Origin: Daphnia carinata
Lineage: Eukaryota
Assembly: GCF_022539665.2 (NCBI RefSeq)
Contig: NC_081331.1
Span: forward strand, 14,136,001-14,200,000
Reading direction: 5' to 3'
DNA: 64,000 nt
The position numbers and the translations under genes are program-made. Positions 35,979 to 49,200 of the stretch are shown here, piece by piece (the first letter of the stretch is position 1; every line of letters starts with the position of its first letter). Under the pieces are notes generated by a model. The model worked only from the letters and a program-made list of their open reading frames with translations. It was not told the origin of the DNA and did no database searches.

Positions 35979-37342
35979 CCGTTCATAACTTGCATCAGTC
36001 CAATTCCCGCTCTGACGTTGTGACATCAAGCCGAACTGGCAATGACGGAGGGTCGATTACTGGCCGCAATAGACCTCAACCGTCCATTCAAGGTTAGTTT
36101 AGTCCCATATGTTTACTATTACGCGCTATTGATTCAACAACCCAAAAAAAAAAACGCTCATAAGGAAAAAGAAACACGACATTTTTTTTTCTTTCGGGAA
36201 AGGGGGAAAAAACAAGGAAGACAACAACCGGAAAAAGAAGAAAAACTACATGATAAATATCTTTGTATTTACGTATTGTGGTTCTGGCAGGTACCAAAAG
36301 TAATAACAAGGCAAAGAGTCCCGTTAGCGATGGCGTCACTAGCAACCCCACCAACAAACAATCCAAACATCCGTTTGACCCGCGACCACCGTTTACCATC
36401 AGCCGGCCATCACCGTCTGCTATGGGTACGTGAAAATTCGTTTTGTTCGTGCCTATTGAAAAAAATGTAGGGTGCGGAATGATGATCAACATCTAAAATT
36501 GATTTTAAATTGCACCATGTTGAATTATTTACAGTTAGTTCAATTGCGCTCTGCTACGCACAAAAAACGTTAATTAAATAATCAGGCTGATGAAAGAAAA
36601 CTCGATTTGATGGTTGCATGTAGAAGTTTAATCTCTAGAATGAAAACGAATTGAATTATTATAAAATGTGATGGAACGCAGAAATCGCTTTCGGAGATGC
36701 TGTTGGCAAGAGGTTAACGCCAGTTGCCCATTATTCATCTGTGCAACAGCCGTCTGAACATCCGTTAGATTTGACCCACGGCAGCCGTCAAGGTATGTTA
36801 GTTCTTAATCGAAAAGGATGACTGAGGGTCTTCGAGCGACATCTTAACGAACTGCCCCTTCTGTTTTCGGATGAAACAATTAAGGTATTGCTGACGAAGG
36901 CTCGATGGACGTAACGACAACAGCCTCAGCACTGACAACCAAATCGGACCGTGGGCGATTCAACTTGCAAAACGGAATGAAGTTTAACCTTCCGGCTGCG
37001 GCCATTTCTGCTGCTGCCTTTTCATTGCCCATTCTGGTTGGCCGCAAACGACGACAAGTGGAACCCAGAAGAGGTCCTTATTGGCAGTTGAAGGAAGAGG
37101 AACACGACCACGAAGCAGAGGATGCGTTCGTCCGACATTTCACGGCTGAGAATGAACGAGAGATGCGCCAAAAGAACATTGCCTCATACAATTGCCGACA
37201 GCTATCGGTGAACGATGAAAGTGCTGGCGCTGTTGTTCCCGGCCGTAGTGTCGCCACAACTCTTCACCATCTGCTCGTTTGTCCCGGTCGCCAATCCCGA
37301 ACGCTGAACATGATCTTGCTGGACGGCTTGACCATACGCTGA
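35979..37342 (+). CDS. Four downstream exons of gene D (35979-36092, 36291-36425, 36682-36792, ~36885-37342) giving an alternative C-terminus
   Basis: The three internal exons are 114, 135 and 111 nt, all phase 1-1, stop-free and bounded by AG/GT. They join the phase-1 donor AAAG|GTAATC at 35483. The last exon encodes FNLPAAAISAAAFSLPILV-GRKRR. Its acceptor is an AAG (36884 or 36899), so that boundary is less certain. Confidence 0.7.
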
Positions 37343-38389
37343 GTGCACGTCACTGACGTTTAATATTAAAAAAGAAACGCTATTTTCCCGTTATTTGACT
37401 ATTATCTCTGGCCATAAGCTCTTCTTTTGAAATCCCTAAAATCTCTGTGAGCTGGCTCTCAGAGAGAACGAGAAAAAAGAAGAAGCTGAAGACGAGATTA
37501 AGACTTATTTTATTCCTCTTTACATCCGTCCTCCCGTTTCGTACGTTGTTAACAAGTTAATTAGTAATGCCTCAATTCCAATTAAGAAGAAAAATGTCAC
37601 CATTTTCTCTTTCATCCTATATTATTTGTTGTTTTGTTAAGCTGTTGCTTTCATGTTTTATATATTATTTTAATATACATACATCATTTAGAAAATTTAT
37701 CGATTCAGACACTGGAATTGTCCATTCTTGTTTTGTTTGAGGAAGCAATCGATTTGCAGTCCACTGAAATAAACACCATTACAGTTAAACCAAATAACAT
37801 CCGAATTTTTCTGTTTTCTTATGACATCACATCGTTTGTAAGCGTGACGGTCAGCACTCAACCAATTGTATACGTCATGCCCTTTCATGTTGTTTCTTTC
37901 ATTTCTTCTCTTTCTTGGAACGTTCCTTAAAATAAACACAATCAACGTCGCACCAACGAATGTAACCATACTGTTATCCACGCAGCCAAAGGCAAAAGGT
38001 CTGCTGTGTCGCCTCGACGCCTTTTGTCGTATGCGCGATAGACCGTGTGAAAAATGTTTAAGCAACCGACAAAAGCTCCATTCTGCATTCATTCTCAGAC
38101 CATTGAATATGATGGGGGTCTCGCTGTGTTGCGCAGGAAGAATTGCGGAGCGAACGAGTAGATATCGGTCTCTAACGGGACTTTCGAAAGAAAGAGAAAA
38201 GGACTTTCTTGGAGCTTACACTATAATAAGACGAGGACGTTCACATCAATTTATCGCCATTTCGAAACAGGCAGGTGCAGGTACCTGAAAGGGCAGCCAA
38301 AAAATCGGCAGTCCTTTTTCTTCATTACAAAATAAAAACTCGCACGATATTGGGTCTACGTACGATCGATAAGATGATGAATTAATTAC

Positions 38390-39700
38390 GTTTATTTCAA
38401 AAACGGCTAGTTTGCCGAGAAAACGCTTGGCATTTTCTGAATCGGCGCAAAATTTTGATTATACAGCGTGAGTTTTATCGAATTCCAAGAGATTTTATTT
38501 TTGGTCGATTTTGACAAAAGTGAGAAGGCTATAGCCTTCTCACTTTTCCATTTTTGGCCAAAATTTAAATTTCGCTAAAAAAGCATGATTTCGATTCAGA
38601 ATTGAACGTTGATCACGGAAATCAAGTTTATTTTGCAATTGGCCGTATGGTTTTTTAATGAAACATAAAAAACGAAAAAATAAGAAAAGTCGGGCTTAAA
38701 ATTTTTTCCTGCAAAAACTGACACTCATCGGAATTGGTTGAGGATCACAGGATATACTCGAAATTGAATGCTGATTCCGGCAAAATTGCTATTCTTTCCT
38801 AAAGTTAATGGTTTTTGAAATACACCGAATATTTGACCGAATGCTTGATTTAAAACGCATGCAGTGTATTCCGTATTTCCAAAATGTTTCAAAATTTTGT
38901 GAACGCATTTAATTTTGGTATATTCTGTGGTATTCAACCAAAATTAGTGCCGATTTTTGTAGAAACAAATTTTAAGCCCGACTAAATATATAAGCCCGAC
39001 TTTCTTATGTTTTGCACGAATATTCGGTATATTTCAAAAACGGCTAATTTGACAAGAAAACGCTTGGCATTTTCTGAATCACTGCAAAATTTTGATTATA
39101 CAGCGTGATTTTTATCGAATTCCAAGAGATGTAGTTTTTCGCAGATTTTGACAAAAGGGAGAAGGGTATAGCCTTCCTACTTTTTCAATTTTGGCCCAAA
39201 TTTAGATTTGATTTAAAACACACGATTCCGATTCAAAATTGAACGAGGATCACAAAAATGAAGTTAATTTTTACGTTGGATCTATAGTTTTTTTTAATAA
39301 ACGGAAAAAACGGGTGATAAATGCTGGCGCGCCAGCAGTTTATTCCATTTATTACAAAAACGGCTGGTTTGACGAGAACAAAATATTTTTGCTGAAATCC
39401 GCCTTTTATTTTAAGTTAATTACAATCAAATTGAATATTGAAATAACAATACTGAATTTTTTTCATACTCAAAATTAAGCCCGACTTTTTCGACCATTTA
39501 AATTTTGTTCCAAAATACTTAGATTTAGCTATAAAAATACATGACTTTGATTCGATTGACTTAATTCCTACTTCTTCAATTTTGGCTAACTTTTAAATTT
39601 CATTTAAAATACATGGATTCGATTCAGAATTGAACGAGAATCACAAATATCAAGTTTGTTTTCTTGTTGGGCTGATTGAGGGAAGTTTTTGAAAGAATCA
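38390..39700. mobile_element. Composite copy of the palindrome-bearing interspersed repeat, inverted relative to 3385-4530
   Basis: 32-bp palindrome at 38516-38547 and an imperfect one at ~39154-39185. 38394-38545 recurs at ~39031-39185. AAAAGTCGGGCTTAA / TTAAGCCCGACTTTT motifs at 38686, 38972, 38991 and 39476. Confidence 0.75.
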
Positions 39701-40806
39701 TTAAAAACCGGTCGGTCAGATGAAGTTATTTGCTGCTCTAACAGCAATTCCGCTTATTTCAAAAAGAGCTAGCTTGAAGGGAAAACGCTTGGTCGACACG
39801 GCATCAGCGCAACAAGCGATATACGACCAAAGATGTAAAGGTACAGATACTATTAATATCCAAATACAATGCCATGTGTATATTTTCATAGCACGCACGA
39901 TATTGGGCCTAGGTATCACGGCCAACAAGACATCGATGGCAGTTGGCTGCTATATAGCAGGCTATTAGAAAAGGAAGAATGTCTTTGAAACACTGTTAAG
40001 TAGCTACGTGGTCGTTAACAGTATAAGACCTCGATATACCAAGACCTTGTCATGGGCTGGGAGTAATTCTCATACTAGTAGTATGGTATTTATCGAACCG
40101 TTGGAACAGATTATGACGTGGTGTGTATACCGTTCATCGCCTATTCTGATTTTGTCAACCGTTTACTGTTCCCTAATTACAGCAAAAGGAAAAAAAAACG
40201 AAGAGAATCAACACTTCCGATAAAATAAAATCTTTTCTTTTTATCGGCTGGGAACTTCCTTATCTGTTTCTATAATTACACGAATCGAGTTACGAGATAA
40301 CGGGAAATACATTGTTTCACCATTACAGAGGTTTTTCACGTATGCTCGTCTTGTTTCGCTATCCGTGGCATCTGAACGGGAAAATGAATCCATTCTTTAT
40401 CGAATTACAATTATTTTGAATATTATACGTCTCCCATAATACCTCCATCTGTAAACCAAATTGTAATGTTTTCTCGAGGCATTCTTAAAGAGTTCCTCGG
40501 TCATATCTGTCGTTGCTATCAGCGAGAGTCATAAACCAACGTCGTCAAAAATGTTTCTTTTTAATGGAGAAACAAATTTACTGCAACTTTATTATTTCAA
40601 CGATATTAAAAACCCCATTGGAATACAACAAACAAATCCATACGGCAAAACAAAAGGTTTTTTTAAGAGCCCATAATTTCACCTGCAGATTCGGACAAAC
40701 CAATGAAGCTCAAAAAACAACAACAGAGATTATGTAACTCGTACTTATTTCTCATTTTTATAACCGTTTTTGCCAGCCCCACCTGAGAGCATCTAGAAGC
40801 AGAAAT

Positions 40807-43190
40807 CTACTGCATTGTTGGCATTGCGACTGCTGCCTGGGTATGGGTAACATCCTGCTCACGCCACATCTGCGTCACCGTTTTCAGCTGAGTGTAGAAA
40901 TTGATTCCCTATAATGAGGGTCCGAAAGAGGCGTTGAAACAACGAGATCGAATAACATTAAAACTCCATCTTACTTGTTTGCCGTAAAAGTTGGCATCAC
41001 CGCGGAACGATCCACGAGAGCCGGTGAACGAGAACATTGGCAACGGAACCGGAATGGGTACGTTTACTCCGACCTATTGATTTTGATAAAAACTATATTT
41101 AGAATTTTCCTCGCTAGACGAGAAAGACTGTTTTCAATACCTGACCAACATCGATTTCTTGGGTAAATTTCCTGGCAGTGGCACCGTTAGTGGTGAAGAT
41201 AGCCGTGCCGTTGCCGTACATGTTAGAGTTGATTGTGGTGATGGCATCATCCAGTGTGTCTACCTTGAGGATGACCAATACCGGGCCAAAGATTTCTTCG
41301 CGGTAACATTCCATGGAAGGCTGTAAAAAAATCCATAAATTACCATTTTTGGAAAAAAAAAAATGTAACAGTTGTATTATACCGTGACGTCGGTCAAAAT
41401 GGTTGGCCCAACAAAGTTGCCTTTCTCGAATCCTGGAACAACAATACTGCGACCATCCAAAATGCAATGGGCTCCCTCTTCGATGCCGGATTGAACCAAT
41501 CGATGAATACGATTCTTGGCCTCGGGAGAAATGACGGGTCCAAGATCGGCATCCGCAATGTGACCTTGGTTAAAGGGAACAAAAGGAGATATAAACAATT
41601 TGAAATGCATTCTAAAAACAATTCTAACAATGAATAATTCATCGAGGCACAAAATCCTTTTCAGTAGATATAATTTCATTCCAAACACATTCCAAGGCAT
41701 ACCTGCATTGACTTTCAGTTTCTTGGCTCGTTCGACAAGATCAGGAATCCAATTGGCAGCATCGCCAACAAACAGAGCCGTACTTAGAGCCATACAGCGT
41801 TGACCAGCAGCGCCAAAAGCGGCGCCCACCTAATCAACAGAAGGATAAATACGTGATCAAATATAGAGCCATGGCATAATCAACTTACCAACTGGTTGAG
41901 GGTATTCTCTTTGTTGGCGTCAGGCATAATGACTCCGTGATTTTTGGCTCCCATATTTGCCTGAACACGCTTGCCACTACGGGATCCTCGTTCGTAAATG
42001 TATTGCCCCTGTGCAATGATAAAGGCGATTAGAGTTTCTTGAACTTTTGTTTTTAGCGAAAATGAAACTGGTTGACATACGGCTTGGTCGGATCCCACGA
42101 AGGAAATGGCTTTAATGTCTGGATGATCGCAAATAAAGTTGACGGCATCATGGGCTCCGTGAATGACGTTCACTACACCATCGGGTGCACCGGCTTCTCT
42201 CAGCATATCAACAAGCATCATGCACGCGCCAGGATCTCTTTCAGACGGTTTGATGACATAAGTGTTGCCACAAACGAGAGCAACCGGGAACATCTATTCA
42301 AAGCGCGATTAAGCCAATATTCATTTCCATGTTCACGCATTTGTACCCAAAGTGGAATCATGGCAGGGAAATTGAACGGCGTGATTCCCGCACAAACACC
42401 CAACGGAGTCCGGAAAGATAACGTGTCCATATCTTTGGCAATGTTTGGCATTGTCTCTCCTAGCTGAAGACTTGTTACACTGCAGCAATGCTCAACAACC
42501 TGAAGGCCTCTAAGTACATCACCTTCTGCATCCACCATTGTTTTGCCTTGTTCAGTAGTGATGCTTTTGGCCAATTCTTTCTGCAGACATGAATGAAAAT
42601 ATGATTACCCAATACATATCAATATTTATTCAATAGATAACTTTATGCATACCATGTTGTTGCGAATGATGTGCTGGTAACGAAGCATGACTTGCTGCCT
42701 TGTGAGAATTGAAGTTTTTGACCATGTTTTGTAGGCTGCTTTGGCTGCCTCAACTGCATTTTCCATCTCTTCCTGAGTTGCTTTGGGAACTTTCGTAATT
42801 ACCTTAATTTCCATTCAAATAATTATTATGAGTGAGGAACAATCTAAACAGTTAAAAATAGTACTTCATTGGTGGCTGGATTACAAAGATCAATCCAATC
42901 ATTGGTCTTTGATTCCACCATTTTGTTATTAATGAAGAGTTTCGTTGTAGGGACAGCACAATGGTTTCCTCGCAAACTGACATGTTGAAAAGACTTTGGG
43001 ATCTAAAATATCAGAATGATAATACTGTTTGCTTAAACATTCAAACCAAAATTTTAGTTGTTTTGTTAGAAAAACATGACTGCCAACAGCCTATTGTCTC
43101 AACACAGCTGATTACATAATGTGACTACATGTTCTATGAAAATTGAATTAAATTTACCAAAGAGATGTTGCGCAGCATGGTAGCAGCCAT
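40807..43190 (-). CDS. ALDH6A1: Methylmalonate-semialdehyde dehydrogenase (acylating), mitochondrial; multi-exon
   Basis: Exons encode [56 protein letters not shown] (catalytic Cys), [16 protein letters not shown] and C-terminal VAMPTMQ*. Predicted start [11 protein letters not shown] at 43190. Confidence 0.96.
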
Positions 43191-45261
43191 ATTAAATGAA
43201 ATTCGTTCTATCACGTCCACGAACGGGATGCTGACCAAAAAGGAAGAACTAAAAATTTCGTGTAATGCGATTTAACAACAGGATTACACGAATGAAAACG
43301 GTGCCGGCATCTAGCGATCAGGAATGAAGTTAGGATAACACAGATGTAACATCTGGTTGGCAATGAGATAATGCTGTAGATTTTATGTAAGTGCTCTTCT
43401 TGCTTGTTGCCAATGAGTCAGTTCTTCAAAGTCTGCAAAAGTTCACGACCTACAGTGGAGCAATATTCGATGTCATAATAAAACATGATGAATTGGTTTC
43501 ATTCGTACATGAAAATGGAATCAATATGTACTAACCCTGAAAAATGTGGTGAAAAATTGTCAAGTTCCTTCACAAGCTTGTGGAGGGTGCCATACTAATT
43601 ACATGGGGTAAAGTGATTATCTTCTACCAATATACCAGCGATTTTTAGCCAATGGCGATTTACAATCCAGCCAGCAAGTCCTTCCTTGTGATTTGGTATG
43701 GCTGATGGAGAACAGGTTACTAAAATCTTTTACAGTTAACAAATGACTGAAATAACGTGTGTTCAGATACGCATTGAATTCTCATATGGACATGCGCGGT
43801 TAATGGCATAAGAAATGTAAAACTCGTGTTTTCATAAAAAAGTTCGTAAAGGTTGATGTTGCCATTAATCAATTGAATTTAACTGACCTAAAGTACTGAC
43901 TTCTTTTTCCCCAAATCTCTGTGCACCCATGATTATCGTCATTATGTAGGTTGGTCCATCTTGCGATGTGTTTAGCACGCAAATTTTAATTTAAAGAATG
44001 GCTGCTGGTTGGATCCTCAGACATTAGAGTAACAATGATGTCGACCTCTTTAGCAACGCAAATAATGAATGAGAATGCAGTGGAGTTCGTCAACATTTGC
44101 CTACATGTTCACGATTTCTTTTTAAGTAAAACTGTAGGACTAAGGGAAGCCATAGTATGGCAGACTGACATCCCTGTCCTACATTTGAAAACTCCACGGG
44201 TAATCGATAGAATTGCTAACTTGCTTTACGGATTTGCAGTTTATACTGCAAAAACTGATACTCTGTTTTTATCCTCAAGGTATTAATGTAAAAGGACCCT
44301 ATATTGAAAAGGAAAACTCATCAACTGAGTATGGGTATACATACAAAGTAATTTGAAGAATGACCGATTTCAAGATGTCGTCATTTCGCTTTAGCACGTT
44401 TGATAGAAGGCTAACAGGACATTAGGAAAATGAAAGACATTTTGAATATTGATCAGATTAATAGCTGTACAGATCACGCACGCATTAGGCAGTTAGAGGA
44501 CATCGCCAACAAATAGTTAAATGCATGTATTCTTCGTTTAATATTCGTGTTATGTAGGCTAAATGGAGAGCGGACTTTTTCGGTTTGTGCTTTACCGCAT
44601 TGCATCTACTGAATTCGGATGCTGGATCAATATGCTCCAGATGCAACGGATGGAAAGATGACTGAAATGCCAGATAACTAGCACCAAGGACTGAACACGT
44701 GATGCATTCGGAAACAACAAACTTCTTGAGGTGTGTATATACTGTAGATTTGAGTTTTATGTGAGGTTACATCATGTTTCTTTTGATATTATTATCTCGG
44801 TGGTGCCACGGGTGGTGGCAGAAAATAAGATATATATTGGGTTAACCTAACGACAACGTCTTATTTCTTTTTGCCCGTGGGTCACTGAAAGGAGTGCCCC
44901 ATCGGTTAGATTTCCAACAACTACGACAACTTGGTGAACGATAATAGAACATAAGCCAATTATCTCCGTCCCTCCTCGTTCTCTGTACCTCCTGCATTTT
45001 CGGCGTTTCCATTTGCACTTGTACGACAACGCACCTCGTCACGGTTGTCCCCTTCGTGAAGAAAACCGGACAGTGCAACGTGTGCAACTCAGTCTGGTGT
45101 TAAGTCCATCAGTATAGTTTGAACAGTTGCATGAGTTAATCAAAACTCTTTGTCCTCTACGAATCTGCATTGAGGTATGGGTTTCACTAACGGTTGAAAA
45201 TATCTTTTCATAATTTTTCTTTTTCTTTTCACGTAGCCCTTCGATTAAACTCCGATTCGAA

Positions 45262-45723
45262 ATGGTGAAACGCCAACCGAGTAGCGGAAATTTATTGCCA
45301 AAACGTTCCGTACCTTTCGATCACGGGATCACGGCGGCTTTCCTTCTCATTTTTGGTTCTTTCGGTCTGGCACTCGGCGGTACCATGACGGGACTGTCCT
45401 ACGGCTACGAAAAAAGAGACGGCTTTACTTCAGTGGTATTTTAGTTGTTTCGTGGATATCATCTCACATTTTAATTTTTCATTTCGTTATTAAAAAAGGC
45501 CGAGTCTTATAACCTACGTTGTGACATTGCCGGCCCGGTCATATTGGCCAGTGGTGGAATCGGCATTCTCTTGGCTTTGATTCTAATCTCAGTTTTTGAT
45601 GTTTGTTCTCAGCCGGAATGGTCCAGTTGCGAAGCTGCTCCGTCAGTGCCTAGCGTCTCGCACGGTGTTGAAATTCATATCGATGGGAATAACAGCACAG
45701 CAGGTGGACGTCGATCTTATTGA
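45262..45723 (+). CDS. Small two-TM membrane protein (~132 aa), PIRT/TMEM100/neurensin-like architecture; exons 45262-45435 and 45499-45723
   Basis: TM1 ITAAFLLIFGSFGLALGGTMTGLSY. Phase-0 63-nt intron. Exon 2 (225 nt, open) encodes NLRCDIAGPVILASGGIGILLALILISVF. AATAAA at ~45883. The family assignment is a resemblance only. Confidence 0.7.
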
Positions 45724-46266
45724 AAATCGGTTCTCGACACCGGTTGATTATGTCTTTTATTATTAAAATTGAAAAGTTTCTGCCCTGTTTGCAGTATTTC
45801 GGTAATTTAATTTAAGTAATCCCCTTTTGTGTTTATTGCCACACGCCACAAGCGTAGCGCAAGGAATTGATTCAAAGAATTTAATAAAACCTGATTTCGT
45901 TTTACGATTAAACAGAAAGAATGGCTAATTCAAAGATAAATAAATGGAGAATTTGTGTATTGATGGTAAATTTCTTTCAACCATAATAGTACAGTATGCT
46001 TGGCATGGGAATGAATTGCTATTGGTGGGGATATAACTGTGCATGGTTAGAAAAAATTTCATAAATCAACCGAAACATTAGAACAATGACAACAATTTAA
46101 CTGATGTTTCATAACGAAAGATAAACAGTATACATGCAATAATGCCCTGTAGATGGGTTGAAATTTTTGGTTAATGTAAGTACACACTGCTTTGGACGAA
46201 AACTGAGTAACAAAATGAGAACTGGATAGTTCTTGCTGCTCGACTAACTGAATGTTTAACAAATAA

Positions 46267-49200
46267 TTAAACTAAACCGAATCCTTCGCTTCCTTCGTTT
46301 ATAGCTATCAACAATGCTTTTTCGAATTGTTCGTAGTTCTCGTAGTCAGGCAAACATAGCTGATTGAAACTAAATTGTTAGAAAAAAAAAGGTGTCACAT
46401 TATAATTCGAAAACTATTGAGTAAGTGAAATTTTACCATGTATGAGCAGTTGGAAGAGTTCCAAAACAAGGTGAAGCTGCGATTTGAAGTTTGGGTGAGA
46501 GTTCCGCCAATCCACCAGGAGGTAGCTGCGAAGATCCCGTGGTAAACTGAAGCAATCGTGACATTTCCTCTGTCCCAAAATTAGTGACCGCCGTCCAAAA
46601 CCAACAAAGGACTTTCTGGAATTCAGGGGAAGAACCAATAGCTGCATGGTGTGCCTTCATTTCGGCAACGCTATAATCACTTGTGCCGCAAACTAGCAGC
46701 TAACGTGTACAATAATCCATTAATGAACATCCAGTGATGTAAATAGTTTCAATTTTAGTGATACCTCAAGCTCGTTCTCATCGAAAATGCTGAGGAGGTT
46801 ATCTGGCACCAGTTCAGACAATCCCCGGGTAAACGCATCCACTTGATCTCTGACGGAATTTACTAACCGATGCTGCGCTAGAGCATCAAGGTATCGATGT
46901 TTGTTGGCGTTGCCTACGGGTATCCTTGCACCGCCTGGGATCAGTTCCACGGTCTTAAAAAAAGAGAAATTCTTAAAGAAAGAGGCCGGAAGAAAATCAA
47001 AACCAAGATACCCGTAATAGTTTTCCTTGTTCATCATACTCTTCTTCAGCGAAAACAAGTTCCATATCCGTAACGTCGTTCTCTTCGATGTATTTAATTT
47101 TTGATAGGAAAAAAGGCGGGTCGTCATGCTCGAAATATTTGTAATTGATACGAAGGCCTATCAATTGGGCAAGAAACGAACGGGTAAAACGCGCTTTAAT
47201 AAGCTGGCGATACGCCGCACCCTTAATCAAAAACAGATTTACAATAAGTATAGATCTGATTGATGCTTTGATTCTACATTACCAGGGACGACTCATAGAG
47301 GCATTTACCGACCAGTTTGCCGGCAAATTCGTAGTGCTTTAGCTTACACGAAGCGGGTATCGTTGGATTGGGATGAACTAAGGCCTGACCATCGTCAGAA
47401 AAAGTGGTAAACATACCGCTCTGTCTTCGATCGAATATGGCAACACATAACAGTTCGATCCATTCACGGCGCAATCCTCCCCAGTCAAGCCCTAATGGGA
47501 GAAATAAAAGGTAGAATTAAAATATAAGACGTAAATCGTATGGTATTTTCACCTTGTTCACCGATGAAACTAATTTCAAAGTTTCTGCACCAGTCGGTTG
47601 TACTGAACGACTTGGTCAGTCTCATCGACTGCAAAAGAGTTTAATTACTCGCGGTTTGAATTAAAGGCAAATGATAACAACGCACCGATTCCAAGATCTT
47701 GTCCCTTTCGACGCGGAGTAGCAATTTCTCATGAGGCTTTTTTTGATGAAATTTTCGAATTTCTTGATAAAAGAAACCTTGCTTGTCTGTAAAGGTTTCC
47801 GAACCACCTACAAAAGAGAATAAATTAGCATTCCAAAAATCCAATTTCACATTAGTAGTAGGTAAATTGACCGATATTTTTCAACAGATAATGGGCAAAG
47901 GATGCAGCCATTAGATGAGCTTCTTTGCTGGACAGTTCCACGACAAACTGTGCTCCGTCTTCAATAGTCAGCACAGGAAACTCCTGTTTATTGGTGCTTT
48001 TAAGAAATGTGACCTTAACGAAAAAAAAAGGGTGAAATAGCTTTAGTCACTCAGCCAAACATGATAATTCAATACCTTCGTTGCTGGGCATAAGCGAAAG
48101 GTGGCCAATCGTTTTGGAATGATTCCAAGAATATATTCTTTTAAGGCGATTTGTTTTGGTAAAACGGCACAAAAGACCTTCTTGTTCTTGGTCCATTTTT
48201 CTCCGTTGATGGACAGCAATTTCGTTTCATACGTGGCGGTTCTTGCTCCGAGAGCCTTCTCGACTTGAATGGCTTCACTTGTCGACAGCGCTATCATATT
48301 GAATTCTCCTTTATTAATCACATTATTGTCCAGCTTAAGGCGGATTCCGTAAATGCCTTCTTCGTTGAAAGTAACATTGATGATGAGCCGATGCATTAAC
48401 TCTACCCAGAGCCATTGAACAAGGGGCCGCACTACATCTGATGAGGTGATCGAATACGCTTCACACGAAAAAGCGTCTAGCGCTTTTTGTTGTTCCGGAG
48501 CATCATGATTCCAAGAGCAATAGTTGCCATATTCATCGCGAGGTTCTAGCAATAACTGGTGAGGAGATCCAGCAGTGCACACCACCATAGATGTCGGACG
48601 AACAAGGGTAGTTTTCGAGGGATCAGGTGATCCTGGTCGGACATGTTTGACGAATGGACTGCCACGGATGGGAATAGATCCCAAATTCACATCAATATGA
48701 TATTGTCCAGCTCTGCGAACAGTAAATGTTGCTTTGACCAAATTGACATCAGTTGCCAACGAACCCCCAATCTGTACTGCAGCAGCAACTTTGTTGGCTC
48801 CCTGCCTGATGTTGATACGTATAGAATCAGCGTCGCTGACTGGATATGGCCTTCTACTCCAGCGTTGGAAAAACTGTTGATCAAGGTTATTTTTTTATCA
48901 ACAATTATTTGCAGAAGCAGATATTAATTCAATAAAATTGTACCTCAACGGTAAAGGAAACTGTGTTCCCAACCATCAGAGGCTCATCCCAATTGAAAAC
49001 GATTCGAGCATTCTTGGCCAGTGCCCTGTTTCCACTAAGCCACTGCAAGAAAGTTTGTCTGATATCTGCATCGATGAAAAAGTCGATTATTCCATGAAAG
49101 AACGTTCCGTTCAAAGCGATTGGGCAAAAAGCACGAGTCACACCACAGCTTATGGCCAAACGGCTCACGCCCCATAGGATAAGTAGAACCACTGCGACAT

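Noticed and set aside
43560..43720. CGGC and WYG-TGA-W stretches as a possible selenoprotein
   Set aside because: They are in different frames, match no selenoprotein family context that I know, and I identified no SECIS.
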